Shown one piece after another: positions 34,478 through 44,182 of a DNA stretch of 64,000 nucleotides. The translations under genes and the position numbers were made by a program. Positions within the stretch are counted from its first letter, which is position 1. Every line of letters starts with the position of its first letter. The stretch comes from Candidatus Parcubacteria bacterium (lineage in GTDB: Bacteria; Patescibacteriota; Patescibacteriia; Patescibacteriales; UBA12465). The DNA is taken from the NCBI GenBank assembly GCA_023444045.1, contig JAEZRQ010000006.1:177786-241785 (forward strand). The letters are read 5' to 3'. The notes below the pieces were generated by a model. It saw only the letters and a program-made list of their open reading frames with translations. It made no database searches and was not told the origin of the DNA.

Positions 34478-34801
34478 ATGAAGATAAATTTAAAAGCTAC
34501 CAAGTTTGAATTAACTGAAGCTATCAGTCAGTATGTTCAAGATAAGATGGATATGCTTGATAAATATTTAGGAAATACTGTTGTCACTAATTGTGATGTA
34601 GAAGTGGAAAAAATTGTTGGTGGCCAGAATAAGGGTGATATTTTCCGGGCCGAAGTTAATTTGTCAGTGCCGCATGAAATGCTTAGAGTTGAAAAAACCG
34701 CCGCTGATTTATATAAAGCGATTGATAAAGTAAAAGATCATCTAGATGAGATAATTGTTAAGTATCGCGAAAAAGCTAGAGATAAGAGAAGAAGAAGTTA
34801 A
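34478..34801 (+). CDS. hpf: Ribosome hibernation-promoting factor (short HPF/RaiA type)
   Basis: MKINLKATKFELTEAISQYVQDKMDMLDKYL is a typical N-terminus. An extended -10, TGT-TATAAT, lies upstream at 34389-34397. Confidence 0.8.
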   Translation: MKINLKATKFELTEAISQYVQDKMDMLDKYLGNTVVTNCDVEVEKIVGGQNKGDIFRAEVNLSVPHEMLRVEKTAADLYKAIDKVKDHLDEIIVKYREKARDKRRRS

Positions 34802-34805
34802 AATA

Positions 34806-34839
34806 AAAAACAGCCTTTTTAAAGAAGGCTGTTTTTTTA
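34806..34839 (+). terminator. Rho-independent terminator
   Basis: ACAGCCTT-tttaaag-AAGGCTGT followed by TTTTTT. Confidence 0.8.
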
Positions 34840-34850
34840 TTAAGTTCAAA

Positions 34851-34879
34851 TTGACATCCCTCTTAAGTTGCGGTATGCT
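34851..34879 (+). promoter_or_regulatory. Sigma-70-like promoter of secA, giving a leader of about 100 nt
   Basis: TTGACA (34851-34856), a 17-nt spacer, then TATGCT (34874-34879). Confidence 0.5.
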
Positions 34880-34989
34880 GAGTTTAGCAGTTAGAGAGCT
34901 TGAGTGCTAATAAGTAAGTAAAAAGGCTTATTTACAGGCCAGTTTTTTACTGCTAGTATCTAAGAAGAATTATTAAATAAAATATCTAT

Positions 34990-37704
34990 ATGAGTCTTAT
35001 TACTAAGTTATTTGGCGATCCGAATGAAAAAATTATTAAATCGCTAGACCCCATTATTAGCAAAATAAATGAACTTAGCGACCACTTTAAAGCACTTTCA
35101 GCCGATGATTTAAAAACAAAAACGGCAGAATTTAAGGAGCGTCTGGCTAAAGGGGAGAGTTTAGATGATTTACTTCCCGAAGCTTTTGCGGCCGTTCGTG
35201 AGACTTCTAGTCGTTTGCTTGGTAAGCGTCATTATGATGTTCAATTAATTGGCGGTCTTATTTTGCATCGCGGTCAGATTGCTGAGATGAAAACTGGTGA
35301 GGGTAAAACTCTAGTAGCTACTTTACCACTTTATTTAAATGCTTTAGAGGGTAAAGGGGTCCACTTAATTACTGTTAATGATTACTTGGCTCGGGTTGGT
35401 GCCGGCTGGATGGCGCCGGTCTATCACGCGCTCGGATTATCAACCAGTGTTATTGTCCATGAAGCCGCTTACCTTTATGATCCAGAGTATACTGATGACA
35501 GCCAATATGATGAGCGCTTAAAACATTTTAAATTAATTAGTCGCCGTGAAGCTTATTATTGCGATATCACTTATGGTACCAATAATGAGTTTGGTTTTGA
35601 TTTTCTAAAAGACAATATGGTGGCTAGTCTGTCTCAGACTGTGCAACGTTCGCTGCATTACGCCATTGTTGATGAGATTGACTCTATTTTAATTGATGAG
35701 GCCAGAACTCCTCTAATTATTAGCTCAGCGGCCGAAGAATCCACCGACAAATATTTTAAATTTGCTGAGCTGGTGCAACGTTTAGAGGAGAATGAAGATT
35801 ATAATGTTGATGAAAAGCAACGCAGTGCCACCTTAACTGAAGCGGGGATGAATAAAATGGAAAAGATGTTGGGAGTAGAAAATATTTATGTTACTGGCGG
35901 CATTAAAGACGTTCATCATATTGAACAAGCTTTAAAAGCCAGAGTTCTATTTAAAAAGGACAAGGACTATGTTGTTAAGGATGATGAAATAATTATTGTT
36001 GATGAATTTACCGGCCGCTTAATGCCTGGCCGTCGTTATAGCGAAGGTTTGCATCAAGCAATTGAAGCTAAAGAAAGAGTTAAGGTGCAAAAAGAATCTC
36101 AGACAATGGCGACCATCACCTTCCAAAATTTATTCCGCATGTATGACAAATTATGTGGTATGACTGGTACGGCAGTTACTGAAGCGGAGGAGTTCCATAA
36201 GATTTATAAACTAGAAACAATCGTTATCCCGACTAATAAAAAAAATATTAGAAAGGATTATAATGATTTAATCTACCGCACGGAAATAGATAAATTTAAG
36301 GCAGTTATTGCTGACGTTAAAGAACGCCATGAAAAAGGCCAACCGGTTTTAATTGGTACTATTTCTATTGAAAAAAATGAATTGCTGACCGAAATGATGG
36401 AGCGTGAAGGTTTGCATCCAGCGATGCTTAACGCTAAAAATCATCAACGTGAAGCGGAAGTCATTGCGCAAGCTGGTCGTTTAGGGGCGATTACTCTGGC
36501 TACTAATATGGCTGGTCGTGGAGTTGATATTTTACTAGGCGGTAATCCCGATCCTGATGATGAGGCGGATGTTAAAAGAGCTGAAGAAGAGGGAAATAAG
36601 GTTAGAGAACTTGGCGGTCTTCATGTTGTCGGTACTGAAAGACACGAATCACGCCGTATTGATAACCAACTTCGCGGTCGTGCTGGTCGTCAAGGTGATC
36701 CTGGCTCTTCACGTTTTTATGTTTCCACTGAAGACGACCTGATGAGAATCTTTGGCGGTGATCGGATGAAAAATACCATGAAGATGCTTAATGTGCCGCC
36801 AGATATGCCAATTGAAAGCAGCATTATTTCTAAATCGGTTGAATCAGCTCAAAAAAAGGTGGAAGGTAATAACTTTGATACCAGAAAACATTTAGTTGAG
36901 TATGATGATGTGATTAATAAACATCGTGAAGCTATCTATCGCCGTCGCCGTGAAATTTTAGAAATTGCTGAAGGAGTTGGCGAACATGGCGACAGGACTT
37001 TAGCGGATATTATTTTAGAATATGTTAGAGCGGAAATTGAAAAAATAGTTGACTTTAATTATGTAACTGAAAGTGGTCAGCCAAATTACCAAGAAATAGC
37101 TGAGAGTGTTCATACTATTTTCACCTTAGAACCATCTGAAAAAGAAAAAATTATTTCTTTTGGTAACTTAGGTGACAGCGACACTAAACACGAACTAATT
37201 ACCTATCTTAATGATTTAGCAAAAGTTAGATATGAGGAATTAGGTAACGCCTTTAAAGAAGTTGAAATTAACACCACGGAAATTGAGAAAGGGATTCTAA
37301 TCCGTTCTATTGATCAGCTATGGGTAGAGCACTTAGAAACCATGGATTATCTAAGATCAAGTATTGGTTTGCGTGGTTATGGTCAACGTGATCCGCTAGT
37401 TGAATATAAAAAAGAATCTTTTAGGTTATATAAAGAACTAAATGATTTAATTAGAGCACAGGTTGTTTATTCAATTTATAAGACTGGCGATGCCCTTAAT
37501 ATGGCTCCAGAAATTATAGCTAGTTTTTCTGATGCCCCTAAAAATTTAAAGTTTGCTGGAGCAATTAAAGATTCTAGCTCAGAAGCGCAGACTATTGATT
37601 TGGTTCATGAGAAAGTAAAGGATGCTAGTGGCAAGGTTGTTGGTCGCAATGATCTCTGTCCTTGTGGATCAGGGAAAAAATTTAAAAAGTGTTGTGGCAA
37701 ATAA
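34990..37704 (+). CDS. secA: Preprotein translocase ATPase SecA
   Basis: MKTGEGKTLVATLP (Walker A), DEIDSILIDEARTPLIIS, and the C-terminal zinc motif CPCGSGKKFKKCCG. Confidence 0.95.
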   Translation: MSLITKLFGDPNEKIIKSLDPIISKINELSDHFKALSADDLKTKTAEFKERLAKGESLDDLLPEAFAAVRETSSRLLGKRHYDVQLIGGLILHRGQIAEMKTGEGKTLVATLPLYLNALEGKGVHLITVNDYLARVGAGWMAPVYHALGLSTSVIVHEAAYLYDPEYTDDSQYDERLKHFKLISRREAYYCDITYGTNNEFGFDFLKDNMVASLSQTVQRSLHYAIVDEIDSILIDEARTPLIISSAAEESTDKYFKFAELVQRLEENEDYNVDEKQRSATLTEAGMNKMEKMLGVENIYVTGGIKDVHHIEQALKARVLFKKDKDYVVKDDEIIIVDEFTGRLMPGRRYSEGLHQAIEAKERVKVQKESQTMATITFQNLFRMYDKLCGMTGTAVTEAEEFHKIYKLETIVIPTNKKNIRKDYNDLIYRTEIDKFKAVIADVKERHEKGQPVLIGTISIEKNELLTEMMEREGLHPAMLNAKNHQREAEVIAQAGRLGAITLATNMAGRGVDILLGGNPDPDDEADVKRAEEEGNKVRELGGLHVVGTERHESRRIDNQLRGRAGRQGDPGSSRFYVSTEDDLMRIFGGDRMKNTMKMLNVPPDMPIESSIISKSVESAQKKVEGNNFDTRKHLVEYDDVINKHREAIYRRRREILEIAEGVGEHGDRTLADIILEYVRAEIEKIVDFNYVTESGQPNYQEIAESVHTIFTLEPSEKEKIISFGNLGDSDTKHELITYLNDLAKVRYEELGNAFKEVEINTTEIEKGILIRSIDQLWVEHLETMDYLRSSIGLRGYGQRDPLVEYKKESFRLYKELNDLIRAQVVYSIYKTGDALNMAPEIIASFSDAPKNLKFAGAIKDSSSEAQTIDLVHEKVKDASGKVVGRNDLCPCGSGKKFKKCCGK

Positions 37705-37777
37705 ATTATATGAATTTTGGATATAGTAAAGATATAATTGAAATGTACGATCATGTCGTGCGTTTAAGAGTATGATT

Positions 37778-37812
37778 AAGACCCTTTATCCCTAAAAGGG
37801 TCTTTATTTTTG
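37778..37812 (+). terminator. Rho-independent terminator
   Basis: AGACCCTTT-atcccta-AAAGGGTCT followed by TTATTTTT. Confidence 0.75.
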
Positions 37813-37871
37813 CTTGATTTTTAGGCTTTTCTATGCTAATTTAAAGGAGTTATAACTTTTTAAATAAATAT

Positions 37872-38090
37872 ATGTTTAGTGAAAAAAATCCTTTATTTGA
37901 CCCATTAACCATTGGTCATAGACAGGCGGATAAAAAAATTGAACAGGAGAAAACCAGGGAACTTGAGAAAAGAGCTGATGAAATAGCGGAGGAGGAAAAG
38001 AAGGCCACTGAAGAAAGGCAAAAAGATTTAGATGATACTTATGCTGACAGTGATGTGATGAGTGACATTTTCCCATCTTGGAAAAAATAA
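37872..38090 (+). CDS. Small, highly charged hypothetical protein (72 aa)
   Basis: ORF track only. An antisense ORF of similar size exists, so coding status is uncertain. Confidence 0.4.
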   Translation: MFSEKNPLFDPLTIGHRQADKKIEQEKTRELEKRADEIAEEEKKATEERQKDLDDTYADSDVMSDIFPSWKK

Positions 38091-38108
38091 TAAGTTAAAA
38101 AATTTAAT

Positions 38109-41100
38109 ATGGCAGAAAATAATCAAACAGAAAAAGTTTCTTTCCCGCAAATGGAAGAAAAAGTAATTAATTTTTGGGATGAGGCCGATATTTTTAATAA
38201 ATCTTTAGCTAAAGAAGCGCCTCGAGGTGATTATGTCTTTTATGATGGCCCTCCTTTTGCTACTGGCACCCCTCACTATGGTCACTTAGTTGGCAGTATT
38301 ATGAAAGATGTTATACCACGCTATCAAACCATGCGTGGTTATCACGTTGATCGCATTTGGGGCTGGGATTGCCACGGTCTGCCGATTGAAAATATTGTTG
38401 AAAAAGAACTCGGTACTAAAACTAAGAAAGAAATTGAGGAATTAGGAGTAGCCAAATTTAATGATCTTTGTCGCGCCCGGGTTTCTACTTATATTGATGA
38501 CTGGAAAAAGGTGATTAACCGTTTAGGTCGCTGGGCTGATATGGATAATGCTTATCGGACCATGGATTTAAATTACATGGAGTCTATTTGGTGGGCTCTT
38601 AAAGAAATGTGGGACAAGGATTTGATTTATAAAGCTTATCGTTCCATGCATATTTGCCCACGATGTGAAACTACCCTCTCTCAATCAGAGGTTAGTGAAG
38701 GCTATAAAGATATTAAAGACTTATCAGCGATTGCTAAGTTTGAATTAATTAGTGAACCAGGAACTTATGTTCTAGCCTGGACCACCACTCCTTGGACTTT
38801 GATTGGTAACGTCGCTTTGGCGATTAACAAAAACGAAGAATATATTAAATTTACTGTTCACTCATCAGATGACCCAAGATTTAAGGTCGGAGAGACGTAT
38901 ATTACAATGAGTGGAGAGGTGGCAAGAAGATTATTTGGTGTATTAGCTTGGCATGAAGGACAGGATATTAATGGGATGGCAAATTGGAGCGCGTCTGATG
39001 TCAAAAATGTAACAGTTAAGGACATTTCAGAATTTAAAGGCTCAGAACTCGTCGGCAAGAAATATAAGCCTTTGTTTGATTATTATGCCAATGATCCTAA
39101 ATTAGAAAATCGTGATAATGGTTGGCAGATTTATGCAGCTGATTTTGTTACCACTACCGATGGTGTCGGTGTAGTTCACATTGCTCCAGCCTATGGTGAA
39201 GATGATATGAACTTAGGCCGTGAGAAAAATTTACCATTTATTCAACACGTTGGGATGGATGGTTTATTTAAAAAAGAAGTTAGTGATTTTCCAGGTTTAC
39301 ACGTGAAGCCAATTGAAGATCACATGGCTACTGATATTGAAATTATTAAGTATCTAGCCGCTCACGGAACGCTTTTTCATAAAGAGAAGTATGAACACAG
39401 TTATCCTCATTGTTGGCGCTGTGATACTCCTTTGATTAATTATGCCACTTCATCTTGGTTTATTAATGTTACTAAATTAAAACCAGCCTTACTAGAAAAT
39501 GCGAAGGGAATTAACTGGTCACCAGCTCATTTAAAAGAGGGGCGCTTTGGTAATTGGTTAGAAGGGGCACGTGATTGGTCAATTTCGCGTCAACGTTTTT
39601 GGGCTTCGGCTATCCCAATTTGGGAGTGTGCTTGTGGCCATCAACAGATGATTGGCAGTGTTAGCGAACTTGAAAAATTATCTGGCCAGCAGGGAATTAA
39701 TGATATTCATAAGGACAAGGTTGATTCCATTACTATTCCATGTGAGAAATGTGGCAGCACCATGAAACGTATTCCTGATGTACTTGATTGTTGGTTTGAG
39801 TCTGGTTCCATGCCTTATGCCCAGTTGCATTATCCGTTTAATAATAAAGAAAAATTAGAAGCGACTTTCCCAGCACAGTTTATTGCTGAAGGAGTTGATC
39901 AATGTCGCACTTGGTTCTATTATACTCACGTTGTCGCCGGGGCTTTAAAAAGTTCTCGTGGTTTTGATAATGTCATTGCTAACGGTATTGTGCTCGCTGA
40001 AGATGGCAAGAAGATGTCTAAGAAGTTAAAGAATTATCCTGATCCGATGCTTGTGATGGAAAAATACGGCTCCGATGCTCTCCGTTCATATTTATTATCA
40101 TCACCGGTCATGCTAGCGGAGAATTTAAACTTCTCTGAAAAGGGGGTTGAAGAATCGCTACGTAAAAACATCATGATCTTATGGAATGTCTATAAGTTCT
40201 ATGAAATGTATAGTGAAAATATTAGTGGCGAAATTAAAATACCGACAGGAGCAAAAGTGATTGATGCTTGGATTATTGCTAAGTTAAAATTACTAAATCA
40301 AGAAGTTAGTGCCTCTTTTGAAGCTTACAATCTGCCCAAAGCGACTCGTCCAATTACTGATTTTGTAGATGAGCTATCTACTTGGTATCTGCGCCGCAGC
40401 CGTGACCGTTTTAAAGAAGAGGGTGATGATAAAGAAGCGGTGCTTACTACTTTAAGGTATGTTCTTAGTGAACTCGCCAAAATTATGGCACCAGCTATGC
40501 CGTTTATGGCAGAAAGTTTATGGCAAAAAGTCAGTGGCTATAATTTTACTGATATTAATAAATCGGTCCACCTAGAATCTTGGAGTGACTTTAGTGATTT
40601 AAGTGGGCCAGAAAAGGTTGTTCTAGAAAAAATGTCTTTAGTCCGTAAGGTAGTGGAACTTGGTTTAGCAGAGCGCGACAAGACAGGAATTAAAATCCGT
40701 CAAATGCTTGGCAGTCTTAGTATTAAAGCCAAGGGCTCAATCTTAGAGGAGCAGTATTTAAACTTAATTAAAGATGAGCTTAATGTCGCCAGTGCTTATT
40801 TTGAACCGGCCAATATTGACTATCCAGAAGTTATCTTAGATACCACCATTACTCCGGAGCTTAAGAAGGAAGGAATAAAAAGAGAACTAGTTAGACTGAT
40901 TAATAATTTAAGAAAAGATTTGAACTTAACTCTGTCCGATGAACTCCATGTCTCTATTGTTGGAGCAAATAATGAAATAACTGAAGTTATAGAAACAAAA
41001 AAAGCAGAACTTGAAAAAGATACTTTATGCATTCTAGCCCTATCTGATAGCGACGACGATTTAACTTCTAGAGAAGTAAAGATTGATGATTGTCAGTTTA

Positions 41101-41120
41101 AATTAGCCTATAAAATTTGA
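38109..41120 (+). CDS. ileS: Isoleucyl-tRNA synthetase (type 2, eukaryote/archaeal-like architecture)
   Basis: PPFATGTPHYGHLV (HIGH), KMSKKLKN (KMSKS) and WCISRQRFW-like WSISRQRFWA. 1003 aa. Confidence 0.95.
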   Translation: MAENNQTEKVSFPQMEEKVINFWDEADIFNKSLAKEAPRGDYVFYDGPPFATGTPHYGHLVGSIMKDVIPRYQTMRGYHVDRIWGWDCHGLPIENIVEKELGTKTKKEIEELGVAKFNDLCRARVSTYIDDWKKVINRLGRWADMDNAYRTMDLNYMESIWWALKEMWDKDLIYKAYRSMHICPRCETTLSQSEVSEGYKDIKDLSAIAKFELISEPGTYVLAWTTTPWTLIGNVALAINKNEEYIKFTVHSSDDPRFKVGETYITMSGEVARRLFGVLAWHEGQDINGMANWSASDVKNVTVKDISEFKGSELVGKKYKPLFDYYANDPKLENRDNGWQIYAADFVTTTDGVGVVHIAPAYGEDDMNLGREKNLPFIQHVGMDGLFKKEVSDFPGLHVKPIEDHMATDIEIIKYLAAHGTLFHKEKYEHSYPHCWRCDTPLINYATSSWFINVTKLKPALLENAKGINWSPAHLKEGRFGNWLEGARDWSISRQRFWASAIPIWECACGHQQMIGSVSELEKLSGQQGINDIHKDKVDSITIPCEKCGSTMKRIPDVLDCWFESGSMPYAQLHYPFNNKEKLEATFPAQFIAEGVDQCRTWFYYTHVVAGALKSSRGFDNVIANGIVLAEDGKKMSKKLKNYPDPMLVMEKYGSDALRSYLLSSPVMLAENLNFSEKGVEESLRKNIMILWNVYKFYEMYSENISGEIKIPTGAKVIDAWIIAKLKLLNQEVSASFEAYNLPKATRPITDFVDELSTWYLRRSRDRFKEEGDDKEAVLTTLRYVLSELAKIMAPAMPFMAESLWQKVSGYNFTDINKSVHLESWSDFSDLSGPEKVVLEKMSLVRKVVELGLAERDKTGIKIRQMLGSLSIKAKGSILEEQYLNLIKDELNVASAYFEPANIDYPEVILDTTITPELKKEGIKRELVRLINNLRKDLNLTLSDELHVSIVGANNEITEVIETKKAELEKDTLCILALSDSDDDLTSREVKIDDCQFKLAYKI

Positions 41121-41172
41121 TTTTTAGGCAATTTTGTGGTATAATCAAAAAACTAATTAACTATAAAAACAT

Positions 41173-41730
41173 ATGACTACTTGGATTATTATTGGTGCCC
41201 TAGCTATTATTTTGCTGGCTATTGCCGCAATGTATAATAGCCTAATTACTTTAAAAAATAGAGTTGATGAAGCGCTAAGCGACATTGATGTTCAACTTAA
41301 ACGTCGTTATGACTTAATCCCTAATCTAGTCGAGACTGTTAAAGGGTATGCTAGTCATGAACAAGTTACCTTAGAAAAAGTAATTACTGCTCGTAATATG
41401 GCGATGGCAGTACCAAGTACTGATATTGCTCATAAAATTGAAGCTGAAAATGCTTTATCTTCAACTTTAAAATCAATTTTCGCTTTATCAGAATCTTACC
41501 CAGACTTAAAAGCTAATCAAAATTTCTTAGAATTACAACGAGAATTATCTGACACTGAGGATAAAATTATGGCTTCACGTCGTTTCTACAACGGCAATGT
41601 CCGTGACTTTAATACCAAACTTCAAGTTTTTCCAACCAATATTATTAATAAAATGTTAAGATTCACGGCTTATGCTTTTTACGAAATTACTGATGCTGCT
41701 CAGAAAGAAAATATTAGTGTTAAATTTTAA
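41173..41730 (+). CDS. lemA: LemA family protein
   Basis: YNSLITLKNRVDEALSDIDVQLKRRYDLIPNLVETVKGYASHE matches the LemA consensus. Confidence 0.9.
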   Translation: MTTWIIIGALAIILLAIAAMYNSLITLKNRVDEALSDIDVQLKRRYDLIPNLVETVKGYASHEQVTLEKVITARNMAMAVPSTDIAHKIEAENALSSTLKSIFALSESYPDLKANQNFLELQRELSDTEDKIMASRRFYNGNVRDFNTKLQVFPTNIINKMLRFTAYAFYEITDAAQKENISVKF

Positions 41731-41749
41731 TTAATTTAATTATAACTTT

Positions 41750-42499
41750 ATGTTTTGGACAATTGTTGGTATTTTAGTAGTTTTGGTTTTATCTTGTCTT
41801 AAGCAAGTTAACCAATGGGAGAGAGGGGTAGTCTTTACCATGGGGCGCTATTCTTATGTTATGGAGCCGGGTTGGAGATTGCTTATTCCAGTTTTTCAGA
41901 CTTTTAAAAAAGTGGATATTCGTATCAAGGCGGTTGATGTGCCTGATCAAAAAGCCATTACTCGCGATAATGTACCAGTAACTGTTAATGCGGTTATTTA
42001 TTATAAAGTAGCCGATGCCGCCAAAGCAATTATTGAGGTAGAAAATTTTTATTATGCTATCTCTCAGTATGCCCAAACAACAATGAGAAATATTGTCGGT
42101 GAAGTTACTCTTGATGAGCTATTAGCTCAACGTGATAAAATTGCGGAACGTATTAAAGAAATTGTTGATAAGGAGACCGATGAGTGGGGCATTAAAGTTA
42201 ATAATGTTGAACTAAAAGATGTGTCATTGCCGGAATCAATGGAGCGAACTATTGCCAAACAAGCTGAGGCGGAACGTGAAAAAAGAGCGGTTATTATTAA
42301 TTCCGAGGGTGAGTTGGCAGCTGCTCAAAATGTTGCTTCAGCCGCTAAAATATTGTCAGCTTCTGACGGTGCTTTGCATCTGAGAACCTTACAGTCTATT
42401 AACGATTTATCAAGTGATCAATCTAATACTGTTGTTTTTGTTACTCCGGTAGAAATTTTAAAAGCTTTTGCCGGTGGTTTCAAAAAAGACAAAGAATAA
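41750..42499 (+). CDS. SPFH/Band-7 (stomatin-like) membrane protein
   Basis: An N-terminal TM helix, then QKAITRDNVPVTVNAVIYYKV and a Glu/Ala-rich coiled coil (AKQAEAEREKRA). Confidence 0.85.
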   Translation: MFWTIVGILVVLVLSCLKQVNQWERGVVFTMGRYSYVMEPGWRLLIPVFQTFKKVDIRIKAVDVPDQKAITRDNVPVTVNAVIYYKVADAAKAIIEVENFYYAISQYAQTTMRNIVGEVTLDELLAQRDKIAERIKEIVDKETDEWGIKVNNVELKDVSLPESMERTIAKQAEAEREKRAVIINSEGELAAAQNVASAAKILSASDGALHLRTLQSINDLSSDQSNTVVFVTPVEILKAFAGGFKKDKE

Positions 42500-42502
42500 A
42501 TC

Positions 42503-43429
42503 ATGACTACTTTGTATCAAGAAAGTGATAAAAATAAAACCAGGACATTTTTCCTAATGTCCGGTTTTTTTGTGTTTATTATTCTAATTGGTTACGCCGC
42601 TGCTTGGTATTTTAATAGCTCTATAATTCTTTGGATAGCAGTCGCCTATAGTATTATTTCTAGCTTTGTTAGTTATTTCTGGAGTGATAAGATAGTTTTG
42701 GCGATGGCGGGGGCTAAATTAATAGATCGCAATAATGGCCGAGAAATTTACCGTTTAGTGGAAAATCTGTGTATTACCGCTGGACTTCCTGTCCCTAAAA
42801 TTTATTTAATTGAAGATGCTTCAGCTAATGCTTTTGCCACCGGTAGAGACCCAGAGCATGCCGTAATTGCTTTAACTACTGGTCTGCTTGCTAGACTGGA
42901 AAAAACGGAACTTGAGGGTGTAATTGCCCATGAGTTATCTCATATCGGTAATCGTGATATCTTAATCTCAACAATTGCCACTGTTCTGGTGGGTACAATC
43001 GCCATTATTTCTGATTCCGTGTTCCGTTCAATGTTCTGGGGTGGTCGTAGTCGTGACGATAATAACAGTGGTGGTCAGACAGCTCTTATTAAATTTGTTA
43101 TCTTTTTAATTTTAATGATTTTAGCTCCTTTGTCTGCCAAATTACTCAGCTTAGCAATTTCTCGTAACAGAGAGTTTCTAGCTGATGCTAGTGGAGCATT
43201 GCTTACTCGCTATCCAGAAGGACTAGCTCGGGCTTTAGAAAAAATTAGTCATGGTCCGGCGCTTACTAAAGTTAATCGGGCAACCGCTCACATGTACATC
43301 GTCTCCCCTTTAAGAGATGAACAGGGGACTAAAAGATTAAGTAAGAGCTTGCCATTTGCTAAAGCTTTCATGACTCATCCACCGGTTGAAGAAAGAATTG
43401 CTAAATTAAGAAGTCTAGATATTAGATAA
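42503..43429 (+). CDS. htpX: Zinc metalloprotease HtpX (M48)
   Basis: HELSHI zinc motif, four TM segments and C-terminal THPPVEERI. Confidence 0.9.
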   Translation: MTTLYQESDKNKTRTFFLMSGFFVFIILIGYAAAWYFNSSIILWIAVAYSIISSFVSYFWSDKIVLAMAGAKLIDRNNGREIYRLVENLCITAGLPVPKIYLIEDASANAFATGRDPEHAVIALTTGLLARLEKTELEGVIAHELSHIGNRDILISTIATVLVGTIAIISDSVFRSMFWGGRSRDDNNSGGQTALIKFVIFLILMILAPLSAKLLSLAISRNREFLADASGALLTRYPEGLARALEKISHGPALTKVNRATAHMYIVSPLRDEQGTKRLSKSLPFAKAFMTHPPVEERIAKLRSLDIR

Positions 43430-43430
43430 A

Positions 43431-43466
43431 TAAAAAACCCGGTTCCTTAAGAGCCGGATTTTTTTA
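43431..43466. terminator. Bidirectional terminator between convergent genes
   Basis: AAAAAACCCGGTTC-cttaa-GAGCCGGATTTTTTT, with an A-run on the left and a T-run on the right. Confidence 0.7.
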
Positions 43467-43467
43467 T

Positions 43468-44058
43468 CTAGTTTTTTCGAACTTCTTTTTTAAATAGGCT
43501 TAAACTTCTAAGACCTATTATTAATAGTCCAACAGCTATCAGTGTGACGATAGTGATAGCAATAAAAGAAATGGCCTTATATATTTTTACTTGCCCCATC
43601 TCCAAGACTAATTTTTTTTCTAGTTTCTCTTTTTCTCCTTCAAGCAGAATACTAACATTTTTTAAAAAGTTAATCTCTGAGTGCAGCGCTTTATTTTCTG
43701 CTTTGTAGTGTCTTAGAGAGTCTTGCTTAAGCTCTAAGAAGAAAATCAAGCGGTCCCTTTCTTTGTCTATTTTATTTTTGAATTTTTCACACAGCTCCGC
43801 GTTAAGCACTTCATCTCGGGAGTCGTAAGTGTAGTCATCTGAGACCACAGATAGAAGAGGGTTTCTTTCGGATATTGGATGGTCAGGTAGATCTTTAGAA
43901 TGAATCATTTCTTTGGTGATTTTTTCTACTCCATCTGGCTTAACGAATATACTAAATATAGTAATTGTATCACCAGTTTTTACTACTAAGTACTCACTAC
44001 CATAAACCAAAACACCAACTGCGGATATCGCAAAGATAAGCAATAAAATTTTTTTCAT
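43468..44058 (-). CDS. Membrane-anchored coiled-coil hypothetical protein (196 aa)
   Basis: An N-terminal signal/anchor, a central heptad-like region and a C-terminal TM helix (ISFIAITIVTLIAVGLLIIGL). Confidence 0.6.
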   Translation of the reverse strand: MKKILLLIFAISAVGVLVYGSEYLVVKTGDTITIFSIFVKPDGVEKITKEMIHSKDLPDHPISERNPLLSVVSDDYTYDSRDEVLNAELCEKFKNKIDKERDRLIFFLELKQDSLRHYKAENKALHSEINFLKNVSILLEGEKEKLEKKLVLEMGQVKIYKAISFIAITIVTLIAVGLLIIGLRSLSLFKKEVRKN

Positions 44059-44182
44059 AACCAGACCTCCTATATTAAATTGTTAAACATCTTATTTTAG
44101 CTTAATCTTGGTATATTATTTTGTCTTTGTCAATATTTATTTTAATTAAAATTTAAGCTATACTGAGGTTAATTATAAGAAA

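Noticed and set aside
34880-34989. The ~100-nt secA leader, considered as a possible riboswitch or attenuator (TAGCAGT at 34885 pairs with ACTGCTA at 34949)
   Set aside because: It has only one 7-bp long-range pairing and no convincing terminator/antiterminator alternative. I recognise no known riboswitch consensus.
37720-37779. A 19-codon mini-ORF (MNFGYSKDIIEMYDHVVRLRV) between secA and its terminator
   Set aside because: It has no RBS, lies within the 3' UTR ahead of the terminator hairpin, and is too short to support without conservation data.
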